In this document: positions 50,813 through 59,076 of the stretch, piece by piece
How the letters are laid out: each line of letters opens with the position of its first letter
How positions within the stretch are numbered: position 1 is the first letter of the stretch
DNA from: Candidatus Cloacimonadota bacterium
Lineage (GTDB): Bacteria > Cloacimonadota > Cloacimonadia > G963667145
DNA: 64,000 bases
Direction of reading: 5' to 3'
NCBI GenBank assembly: GCA_963667255.1
Contig: OY762940.1
Span: 992,001-1,056,000 of the forward strand
Position numbers and translations under genes: made by a program
The notes under the pieces: model-generated
Database searches by the model: none
The model's input: the letters and a program-made list of their open reading frames with translations, nothing else
What the model was told of the DNA's origin: nothing

Positions 50813-51808
50813 GTGATAACTTATAAAGATTCTGGAGTGAATATCGAAGAAGGTTATAAGACCGTCAAAAAGATAAGCGAGTATGCCAAACAAACTCATA
50901 GCAAAGAAGTGGTAAATGATATCGGGAGTTTTGCCGGTTGTTTCTCACTGGAAAATTATGAAAATCCAATATTGGTCTCTGGCACTGATGGAGTGGGAAC
51001 GAAACTTGAGCTTGCTCTAAAAGCGAAGAAGTATGAAAATATCGGAATAGATTGTGTGGCAATGTGTGTGAACGATATTTTGTGTCTTGGAGCTAAACCT
51101 TTGTTTTTTTTGGATTATCTTGCTTGCGGTAAATTGTCTGCCGAGGTAGCTTCTGAAATTGTCAAAGGAGTTAGTCTTGGTTGCCTTGAAGCAAAATGCT
51201 CTCTCATCGGAGGAGAAACGGCGGAAATGCCTGGCTTTTATGATGATGGCAAATACGATATTGCTGGATTTTGTGTGGGAGTAGTTTCCAAAAATAAAAT
51301 AATCAACGGCGATAACATAAGTGCGGGAGATGTTTTGATAGGTTTGGAGTCGTCTGGGCTGCACAGCAACGGATTTTCGCTGGTGAGAAAGTTAATCAAA
51401 AAGACAAGCGAAAAATTGAACGGAGTGGAGCTTTCAGAAATTTTACTGAAACCTACCAAAATATATGTAAAAGCGATTTTGAAATTGCTTGAAAGCTACG
51501 AGATAAAGGGAATGGCTCATATCACAGGTGGAGGATTTGTGGAAAATATTCCCAGAATGTTCCGCCAAAATTTGCGAATTGTCATAGAAAAAAACAGCTA
51601 TAAAATTCCTGAAATATTTGAATATCTGATGGACTTGGGTGTGAGCGAAGAAGAGATGTATAAGACCTTCAATATGGGTATAGGTTTGGTTCTTGCAGTG
51701 GATAAAAACATCACTTGCAAGGTAATAGAATCTTTGGCAAATCTTGGAGAAGCGGGACATATTATCGGCTATTTTGAGGAAGGTGAAAAAAGCATATGTA
51801 TAAAATAG
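50813..51808 (+). CDS. purM: AIR synthetase
   Basis: YKDSGVNI, TDGVGTK, GGETAEMP, HSNG, HITGGG, TFNMG. Confidence 0.97.
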   Translation: MITYKDSGVNIEEGYKTVKKISEYAKQTHSKEVVNDIGSFAGCFSLENYENPILVSGTDGVGTKLELALKAKKYENIGIDCVAMCVNDILCLGAKPLFFLDYLACGKLSAEVASEIVKGVSLGCLEAKCSLIGGETAEMPGFYDDGKYDIAGFCVGVVSKNKIINGDNISAGDVLIGLESSGLHSNGFSLVRKLIKKTSEKLNGVELSEILLKPTKIYVKAILKLLESYEIKGMAHITGGGFVENIPRMFRQNLRIVIEKNSYKIPEIFEYLMDLGVSEEEMYKTFNMGIGLVLAVDKNITCKVIESLANLGEAGHIIGYFEEGEKSICIK

Positions 51809-52407
51809 CGGTTTTGATTTCGGGCGAAGGCAGCAATCTCCAAACAATTATGGAGAAAGTGGAAAGTGCTTATCTAAATTGCGAAATATTTATGGTAATA
51901 AGCGATAACAAAAATGCAAAAGGGCTGCAAAAAGCGAAAGAAAAAAACATCTTGGCAATTGCTTTGGACAGAAAAGAAAACAAGGGGAAACTATCCGACA
52001 AAATAAATGAGCTTCTCTTTGGGAAAGTTGATTTGCTTGTTTTAGCAGGCTTTACTTCTATTTTGCAAGGAGAAATTTTATCCAATTTCAAAAATCGCAT
52101 AATTAATGTTCATCCATCTCTGATTCCTTCTTTTTGCGGTAAGAATATGTATGGCATCAAGGTTCACGAGAAAGCCTTGGAATATGGAGTGAAATTGTCA
52201 GGTTGCACGGTGCATTTGGTAAATGAGCAAATAGATGCAGGTAGTATTATTTTGCAAAAAGCTGTGGAAATCAGCGATACGGAAACGGCGGAAACTTTGC
52301 AAAAAAAAATCTTGAACTTAGAGCATGAGTTGCTTCCTTATGCAATAAAATTGTTTTCGGAAAACAAAATAGTAATCCAAGAAAGAAAAATTTTAATCAA
52401 AAAATAA
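51796..52407 (+). CDS. purN: GAR formyltransferase
   Basis: ISGEGSNLQ, INVHPSL, GCTVH.V...D.G. Confidence 0.96.
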   Translation: MYKIAVLISGEGSNLQTIMEKVESAYLNCEIFMVISDNKNAKGLQKAKEKNILAIALDRKENKGKLSDKINELLFGKVDLLVLAGFTSILQGEILSNFKNRIINVHPSLIPSFCGKNMYGIKVHEKALEYGVKLSGCTVHLVNEQIDAGSIILQKAVEISDTETAETLQKKILNLEHELLPYAIKLFSENKIVIQERKILIKK

Positions 52408-52438
52408 AAATGTTTAAAAATATTTAAGAGGAAAATAG

Positions 52439-53689
52439 ATGAATATATTGGTAGTTGGAGGTGGAGGCAGAGAGCATGCAATAGTGTGGAAATTGCACAA
52501 AGATAACCGCCAAGATAAACTTTTTTGTGCCCCAGGAAATGCTGGCATTGCAGAGATTGCTCAATGTGTTGATATTCAGATAAATGAGTTGGACAAACTT
52601 TTGGAATTTGCTTTGGCAAACGACATTCAGCTGACCATAGTGGGTTCGGAAGAGCCTTTGGTTTTGGGTATTGTTGATTTGTTTGAAGCTTCTGCCTTGA
52701 AAATATTCGGACCAAATAAGCTGTGTGCGGAGTTTGAAAATAGCAAAATTTTCACCAAAAAATTTCTTATGAGACACAATATTCCCACCGCTAAATATTA
52801 TGAATACGAAGATGCGAAATTGGCAAAAGATGGCTTGAAAAACTTTTCTTACCCTTTGGTGATAAAAGCTGACGGCATAGCTGCAGGAAAAGGAGTGATA
52901 ATCGCAGAAGATAAGGAAACCGCAATTGAGGCTATTGGCGATATTATGGTCAAAAAAGTCTTTGCTCAAGCGGGCAACAAAATTGTTATGGAAGAGTTTT
53001 TGTCCGGCATAGAGGCTTCCGTTTTGTGTTTTGTAGATGGCGAAGATATTGTTCCGATGGTTTCCGCTCAAGATTATAAAAAAATATTTGATGGAGATTT
53101 AGGCTTAAATACAGGTGGTATGGGAGCTTGTTCGCCCAATCCAATATTTAGTCCCAAAATTGAAAAGATAATTGAAAATAAAATTTTGCTTCCCATAATA
53201 AACGGCTTGAAAGAGGAAAAAATAAAATACAAAGGTGTCTTATTTATCGGCTTGATGATAGAAAACGATGAGCCGAAAGTGTTGGAATTTAATGTGAGAT
53301 TTGGCGACCCTGAAACACAAGTTGTCTTGCCAAAGTTGGAAACACCTTTGGTGGAGATAATTGATAGTGTATTAAATTCAAATTTGAAAAATCAGAAATT
53401 TGTGTGGAAACAAAGCAAAACCTTGTGTGTAGTGCTTGCCTCAAAAGGCTATCCCGAAAAATATGAAAAAGGGGCAATCATAAAAGGCTTAAACAAGCTT
53501 GACGATGAAATTACGGTTTTCCATAGCGGAACAAAAAATTTGGGCGATAAGTTGGTCGCAAATGGCGGAAGAGTGCTGTCGCTTATGGCTTCTGCCTCTT
53601 CTCTCGATGATGCCCGAAAAAAGGTTTACGACAATATGAGTAAAATTTCATCAAAAGATTTTTATTATCGAAAAGATATAGGAATGTAG
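52439..53689 (+). CDS. purD: GAR synthetase
   Basis: GGGGREHA, APGNAG, KADGIAAGKGV, NTGGMG, EFNVRFGDPE. Confidence 0.97.
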   Translation: MNILVVGGGGREHAIVWKLHKDNRQDKLFCAPGNAGIAEIAQCVDIQINELDKLLEFALANDIQLTIVGSEEPLVLGIVDLFEASALKIFGPNKLCAEFENSKIFTKKFLMRHNIPTAKYYEYEDAKLAKDGLKNFSYPLVIKADGIAAGKGVIIAEDKETAIEAIGDIMVKKVFAQAGNKIVMEEFLSGIEASVLCFVDGEDIVPMVSAQDYKKIFDGDLGLNTGGMGACSPNPIFSPKIEKIIENKILLPIINGLKEEKIKYKGVLFIGLMIENDEPKVLEFNVRFGDPETQVVLPKLETPLVEIIDSVLNSNLKNQKFVWKQSKTLCVVLASKGYPEKYEKGAIIKGLNKLDDEITVFHSGTKNLGDKLVANGGRVLSLMASASSLDDARKKVYDNMSKISSKDFYYRKDIGM

Positions 53690-53778
53690 TTTGGAGGAAT
53701 TTATGGGAAAATCAAATAGAAAGACAATTAACTGTAAGTTAATTGAGATTGTAAAAAAATTAAAAGGGTTTTAGGAAA

Positions 53779-55068
53779 ATGATAGAGAGATATTCTAGAG
53801 AGAAAATGGCTCATATTTGGAGTGAGCAGAGTAAATTTGATAAAGTATTGGCGGTGGAAATTGCGGTTTGTAAGGCTAAAGCTGAACTGAACATTATCCC
53901 CAAAGAGGCTTGTGAAGATATAGAAAAGAACGCCTCTTTTTCTTTGTCCCGCTTGGAAGAGATAGAGAAAGAGGTTAAGCATGATTTGATAGCGTTTTTG
54001 ACCAGTGTTGCCGAGAATGTGGGGGATAATTCTCGTTACATTCATGTTGGACTTACTTCTTCCGATGTTCTTGATTCTGCTTTGGGATTGCAGTTTAGCG
54101 AATCTTTGGATATAATTTCCGAGGGGATTTCTTCCTTGATGAGTAGGCTAAAGGAGTTAGCTTATCGTTACAAAGATTTGCCACAAATGGGCAGAACTCA
54201 CGGAGTTCATGCTGAGCCAATTAGTCTTGGACTGAAATTTGCTCTTTGGCACGAAGATTTTAAACGCAATAGCGAGCGATTGGAACAACTGAAAAAGAGG
54301 GTTGCTGTGGGCAAACTTTCTGGTTCTGTAGGCACTTTCTCTTCCACAGAGCCTGAAGTCGAGGAAATGGCTTTGTCTCTGTTGGGTCTGGATTATGCGA
54401 AAGTTTCTACCCAAGTTTTGCAGAGAGATAGACATTCCGAATACTTGAATTTTTGTGCTTTGCTCGCCTCCTGTATGGAAAAAGTTGCTGTTGAGTTGCG
54501 GAATTTGCAACGGACAGAAATTAGAGAGTTGGAAGAGGGATTTAGCAAAGGGCAAAAAGGTTCTTCGGCGATGCCTCACAAAAAAAATCCGATTTCTGCG
54601 GAGAATATCACGGGTTTATCCCGCGTAGTTCGTGGCTACGCTCTTGCAGGTATGGAGACTGTAGCTCTGTGGCACGAGCGGGATTTGTCCAACTCTTCTT
54701 GCGAGAGAGTTACTTTGGCAGATAGTTCTATTCTTGTCGATTATATGCTGGCGAGATTGTTGAAGATTTTGCAGAACATCAATGTTCTGGAAGACAATTT
54801 GAAAGAAAACCTGAGCAAAACCAAGGGAATTGTATTTTCACAAAAGTTGATGTTGGCACTGACCAAATCGGGAATGCTAAGGGAAGATGCATATTATTTG
54901 GTGCAAAAATTGGCTCATCAAGCGTGGGATGAGGATATAAACTTGAAAGAGTTGGCGAACTCCAATCCGGAGATAAATTTGTCCGAAAAAGAGATAGACG
55001 AAATTTTCTCGGAAGCCTCTTTCTTGCGAAATGTGGACAAAATTTTTAAGAGAGTTTTTGAAGATTAG
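53779..55068 (+). CDS. purB: Adenylosuccinate lyase
   Basis: MIERYSR, GRTHGVHA, GSSAMPHKKNP, HERDLS. Confidence 0.97.
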   Translation: MIERYSREKMAHIWSEQSKFDKVLAVEIAVCKAKAELNIIPKEACEDIEKNASFSLSRLEEIEKEVKHDLIAFLTSVAENVGDNSRYIHVGLTSSDVLDSALGLQFSESLDIISEGISSLMSRLKELAYRYKDLPQMGRTHGVHAEPISLGLKFALWHEDFKRNSERLEQLKKRVAVGKLSGSVGTFSSTEPEVEEMALSLLGLDYAKVSTQVLQRDRHSEYLNFCALLASCMEKVAVELRNLQRTEIRELEEGFSKGQKGSSAMPHKKNPISAENITGLSRVVRGYALAGMETVALWHERDLSNSSCERVTLADSSILVDYMLARLLKILQNINVLEDNLKENLSKTKGIVFSQKLMLALTKSGMLREDAYYLVQKLAHQAWDEDINLKELANSNPEINLSEKEIDEIFSEASFLRNVDKIFKRVFED

Positions 55069-55910
55069 AAGATAAAAGTTTTATTCTTGTGAGTAATTAT
55101 CTTGTGATTGATGTGGTTGTAAATTGCTCTTGACAGCACTATTTTTTCCAAATCTTTACCTTTTCTAATCAATTCTGCTACCGAATCGCTGTGCGAAACT
55201 CTGGCGACATCTTGTTCGATTATCGGACCCTCATCCAATTGTTCCGTCACATAGTGGCTGGTTGCACCAATAATCTTCACACCTCTAGTAAATGCTTGAT
55301 GATAAGGTTTCGCTCCGGGAAATGCCGGCAAAAACGAGTGATGAATATTGATAATTCTGTTGGGGAACTTTTCGATTATTTCATTAGACAATATTTGCAT
55401 ATATCTTGCGAGAACAACGAGAGTTATATTGTGCTCTTCCAACAATTCCAATTGCCTTTTTTCTACTTCGCTTTTGTTTTCTGTGGTAACAGGCAGATAG
55501 AAGAAAGGAATGCCAAAAGCTTTGGCGATTGGCTCCAGTTTGTCGTGATTGGAGATAATCAAGGGGATTTCCATAGGGAAAGAGCTCTTGCGGGAAAGTA
55601 TGTCAAATAGGCAATGCGAAGCCTTAGAAACAAAAATAGCTATTCTGGGTTTTGTATCAGTGAAGAAGAACTGAAATTTTACTTCGGTTAGTGAGGATGC
55701 AACTTCTTCATCGAATTTAGACTCTATCTCCTCTCTTTTCAGTTCAAAGTCGTTAAGCGACCACCTTGCCCTCATAAAAAATTTGTCGTCTTCCACATGC
55801 TGATCGATTTCAACAATATTCCCTTTGTATTTTGCCAAAAACGCAGTAACCTTGGCACTAATTCCCATTTGGTCGTGACAACTTATTAAGAGTATCGCAT
55901 GCGAATCCAT
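55065..55910 (-). CDS. purU: Formyltetrahydrofolate deformylase
   Basis: ACT domain; LARYMQIL, INIHHSFLP.F.GA.PY, GATSHYV. Confidence 0.96.
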   Translation of the reverse strand: MDSHAILLISCHDQMGISAKVTAFLAKYKGNIVEIDQHVEDDKFFMRARWSLNDFELKREEIESKFDEEVASSLTEVKFQFFFTDTKPRIAIFVSKASHCLFDILSRKSSFPMEIPLIISNHDKLEPIAKAFGIPFFYLPVTTENKSEVEKRQLELLEEHNITLVVLARYMQILSNEIIEKFPNRIINIHHSFLPAFPGAKPYHQAFTRGVKIIGATSHYVTEQLDEGPIIEQDVARVSHSDSVAELIRKGKDLEKIVLSRAIYNHINHKIITHKNKTFIF

Positions 55911-55924
55911 GATAACATCCTTTT

Positions 55925-56509
55925 CTAAAAAAAATTGTGATACAAATCAGAAAAATTTTGTAAGAGTATATTTGTCAATATAAACAGGGCTATATAACCA
56001 TTTGCACCCCAAGAAAATTTACGAGGTGCACACATTTTTAGATTTTTCACAGATTCTTTTTCTAATTTGAAAAAGAAATTGTTATTGAAAAATTCGTGGT
56101 AATTTAGGATAAATTTTTTCTTGTTTTTCAAAATAGTGTTAATAAACTCAAGGGTCAAAAGAGGTAGTAAAAGATTTTTTTTCATAAAATGCAGGTCGGA
56201 GCAGAGGTTTTCGATACTGGTAGATTTGCTCAAGTAGATGGAGAGCAATAAGATTAGTGAAAGTTTGCTGATTAAAATAAGTTCGTGAAAACCGCTTTCC
56301 CCTTGCAAAAGTGCAAATCCGAGATAAAAAGAGAATAGAGGTAAAAATTTAATTACAATGCTAATCCAACTCTTATAGAGTGATGGTTGGAATAAGAAAA
56401 ATATTAGAACAAGGGAAACAGAAACTTTGTTTAATGAGATAAGGGGGTAAAAAAAATATAGACAAAACCCAATTTTTGCCAAAAGGTTTTGCTTAGATAA
56501 GGTTGACAT
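55925..56509 (-). CDS. Hypothetical membrane protein
   Basis: Several hydrophobic helices; coupled to murI and purU. Confidence 0.6.
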   Translation of the reverse strand: MSTLSKQNLLAKIGFCLYFFYPLISLNKVSVSLVLIFFLFQPSLYKSWISIVIKFLPLFSFYLGFALLQGESGFHELILISKLSLILLLSIYLSKSTSIENLCSDLHFMKKNLLLPLLTLEFINTILKNKKKFILNYHEFFNNNFFFKLEKESVKNLKMCAPRKFSWGANGYIALFILTNILLQNFSDLYHNFF

Positions 56510-57269
56510 GCTCCAATTTGATGTTGGGATTGTTCAGAATTTTTCGTGATAAAAGTAAAAAGTTCTCTTGGTCGTCGGTAACAAAAAATTGATTTTTGCC
56601 CGGGTTTGTATTAGCAGATGGAGCAATTATCTCTTTTAGGGAGTTGCTAATCGCTACACCGGAATCAACCAGATTGATTTTACCTTGGAAATACTCATCG
56701 ATTTTTTTTTTGAGGACTGGATAATGCGTGCAGCCTAAGATTAAGGTGTCAATATCAGGAAAATCTTGCAGATACTCCTCAATAAGAATTTTGGTAATTA
56801 TGTGATTTTCGTATCCGTTTTCCACCAGAGGAACAAACATTGGGCAACTCTTACTATGAGTTTGGATGGTATCGTCAAGAGCGTTTAGTTCCGTGGCGTA
56901 GGCTTGACTTTTTATTGTGGCGATTGTCCCGATAATTCCTATTTTTTTATTAATGCTTGTTTCGGCAGCTAATTTTGCACCAATTTTGATTACTCCGATG
57001 ATAGGAATATCGAACTCTTTTTCCAGTTCTCCGATGGCTAATGCACTGGCGGTGTTGCAGGCGACGACAATCAGTTTTACATTTTTGGAAAGCAGAAAGC
57101 GGATATTTTCTCTGGAAAACTTAATAATGCTTTCCTTACTCTTGGTGCCATATGGTAGCCGTGCCGTGTCACCCAAATAGACAATATCGTCGCAGGGGAA
57201 GACCCTGCGTATCTCTTTGAAAATGGTCAAACCACCTACACCCGAATCAAAAATGCCAATAGGTTTCAT
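56493..57269 (-). CDS. murI: Glutamate racemase
   Basis: FDSGVGG, PYGTKS, ACNTAS, LGCTHYP. Confidence 0.97.
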   Translation of the reverse strand: MKPIGIFDSGVGGLTIFKEIRRVFPCDDIVYLGDTARLPYGTKSKESIIKFSRENIRFLLSKNVKLIVVACNTASALAIGELEKEFDIPIIGVIKIGAKLAAETSINKKIGIIGTIATIKSQAYATELNALDDTIQTHSKSCPMFVPLVENGYENHIITKILIEEYLQDFPDIDTLILGCTHYPVLKKKIDEYFQGKINLVDSGVAISNSLKEIIAPSANTNPGKNQFFVTDDQENFLLLSRKILNNPNIKLEHVNLI

Positions 57270-57275
57270 TGAAGT

Positions 57276-58667
57276 TTAATTTTGAGGTTCTGCTGAAAGA
57301 ATTTTTCCTCTTAGTTCTTCCAAAAGAGAAGTGACCAAAGATTTTTTGAGAGCACTCTTTTTATCTCCGTTAACCAAAAATTCATCAAATCCTTCTTGAG
57401 TTGTTAGGACGGAATATTGAGCGTCATCTTTTACAGGAGAGAGACCAAAAAATCCGGAATGTTTTATCGAGGTTATTTCGTTTTGATTGGACTTTAGCTC
57501 AGGAGCAAAATACTGATATCTTTTGTTTTGGAAAAGGATAAGACTATAAATTTCTTTGAGTTCCTTTCCGCTAACTTTTGCAGTCAATAAGCGATGGTCA
57601 GTTTCAAAAATTTGGTAAATGTCTTTGTCCGAAACATTGTCTTTGGATAGAGAGTTCTTAAAAATACTTTGAGGAATAACAACGAAATCTATCTTGCTAC
57701 TTTCAGCAAGGTTTCGGCAGACTATTTTTCCCAAGGGAGTGGGAAATTTCACTCTTGTGGGTTTGCTACTTATATCGGAAGCAGCAGTGGCAATACTTTC
57801 ATAATTCTCAGCAATTACATTGCCCTCATTGGTTCTTTCAAGATTGATAATCTCCGAACTGGCAGAAGATAAAAATCTGAATTTAGGGTCGAATGAAAGT
57901 TTAACAAGAGAGATTTCGCCTTCCTGCACACTTGTGCTGATAATAGGAACAGAGCCAGCATTTGTAGAGTAAGAAGAGGATTTATTGTCGTTCACAAAGA
58001 TTGCGGAAATTCCATCTATTTTACTAATTTTGCGTAAAGCATCATCAAGGATTTGTCTGGTAAATGTATCGAAACTCGCGGGGATGTCCAACATTACGAT
58101 TATGGCGTTAGGGATAACTCCACCGCTTACGATTTCGCTTATTTTTGCTTCAACTGCTTCAGCTAAAGGGGTTGTAGTTATGTCAGCGTTTATGAATAGA
58201 TTTTCGGCACATCCTCCGACAAACAAAATTTTATACCCGTTTTTTTCTAACAGGCAAGTTGAAGAGATGCCTTGCAGACCTCTTTTTTTTTCACTTTTCA
58301 AGTTTGTGCATAGAACGGCAGAGTTGGAAGTTTTGTTAAATTCCAAATACTCTTTTAATCCAAAAACTAAATCTTCTCCGGAGATTAGATTTAGTTTAAG
58401 ATTTAATTTTTGTAGCTTAGCGGCGAAAGATTGTCCATCTCCTCGAAACGAACTGAAAGAACCAGAATAGTTGTTCCCTAATCCAATCAAAATTGAATTG
58501 GGGAATACGGAAACAATCTTATTTTGTAAGTCATCTAAACCACAAATTTTCCCATCAGATTTAACTCTTCCTGATAATTGTTGAAAGGCGATAATGTCAA
58601 CAACATCTACAGTCTGCCCGAAAAGCAAGCCGAAAAACAAGCAAGACAGTAATGTAAGTTTACGCAT
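57276..58667 (-). CDS. Exported 5'-nucleotidase-like protein with degenerate metal-binding motifs
   Basis: Signal peptide. Layout matches a metallophosphoesterase domain plus 5'-NT C-domain (GYKILFVG, PTPLGKIV, VSGKELKE), but the D/H ligands are replaced. Confidence 0.6.
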   Translation of the reverse strand: MRKLTLLSCLFFGLLFGQTVDVVDIIAFQQLSGRVKSDGKICGLDDLQNKIVSVFPNSILIGLGNNYSGSFSSFRGDGQSFAAKLQKLNLKLNLISGEDLVFGLKEYLEFNKTSNSAVLCTNLKSEKKRGLQGISSTCLLEKNGYKILFVGGCAENLFINADITTTPLAEAVEAKISEIVSGGVIPNAIIVMLDIPASFDTFTRQILDDALRKISKIDGISAIFVNDNKSSSYSTNAGSVPIISTSVQEGEISLVKLSFDPKFRFLSSASSEIINLERTNEGNVIAENYESIATAASDISSKPTRVKFPTPLGKIVCRNLAESSKIDFVVIPQSIFKNSLSKDNVSDKDIYQIFETDHRLLTAKVSGKELKEIYSLILFQNKRYQYFAPELKSNQNEITSIKHSGFFGLSPVKDDAQYSVLTTQEGFDEFLVNGDKKSALKKSLVTSLLEELRGKILSAEPQN

Positions 58668-58671
58668 TGAT

Positions 58672-58944
58672 TTAGAAAAGATAAGATGCTATATTTTTAC
58701 AGATTATTTGCATATCTCCCACAGCTTTTTCGATGGCTTGAGGAGCAGTATTCAAAACATCTTGCAAACTTTTCTTTTTGCTAAAGTCCAAACCTCCGGC
58801 AGCTTGTTGATTGGATTGAGTTGTTTCTTCCAAATTGATGGAATCAGGATCGGGGGAAGTAATCTTTTTCTCCAAAGCTCTCAAGAAAGCCATATTTTTC
58901 AGAAGCAGTTTTACTGATTCATCAAGCATTTCATGTTTATGCAT
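58672..58944 (-). CDS. Hypothetical protein
   Basis: SD AAGGAG upstream on the minus strand; first gene of the minus-strand operon. Confidence 0.65.
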   Translation of the reverse strand: MHKHEMLDESVKLLLKNMAFLRALEKKITSPDPDSINLEETTQSNQQAAGGLDFSKKKSLQDVLNTAPQAIEKAVGDMQIICKNIASYLF

Positions 58945-59076
58945 TTTGTTTTCTCCTTAATAAATAATATAAGTCATTACTTGGGGTTTGTGGATTGTAG
59001 TCAAGAAATTTTATTTTGGATTTTTCTACAATTTTAAATTGACACGAATATTTTGAAAATAATAGTCTTTTGCGGA

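Noticed and set aside
52410..52427. Micro-ORF MFKNI between purN and purD as a purH remnant
   Set aside because: Too short to distinguish from chance in AT-rich DNA.
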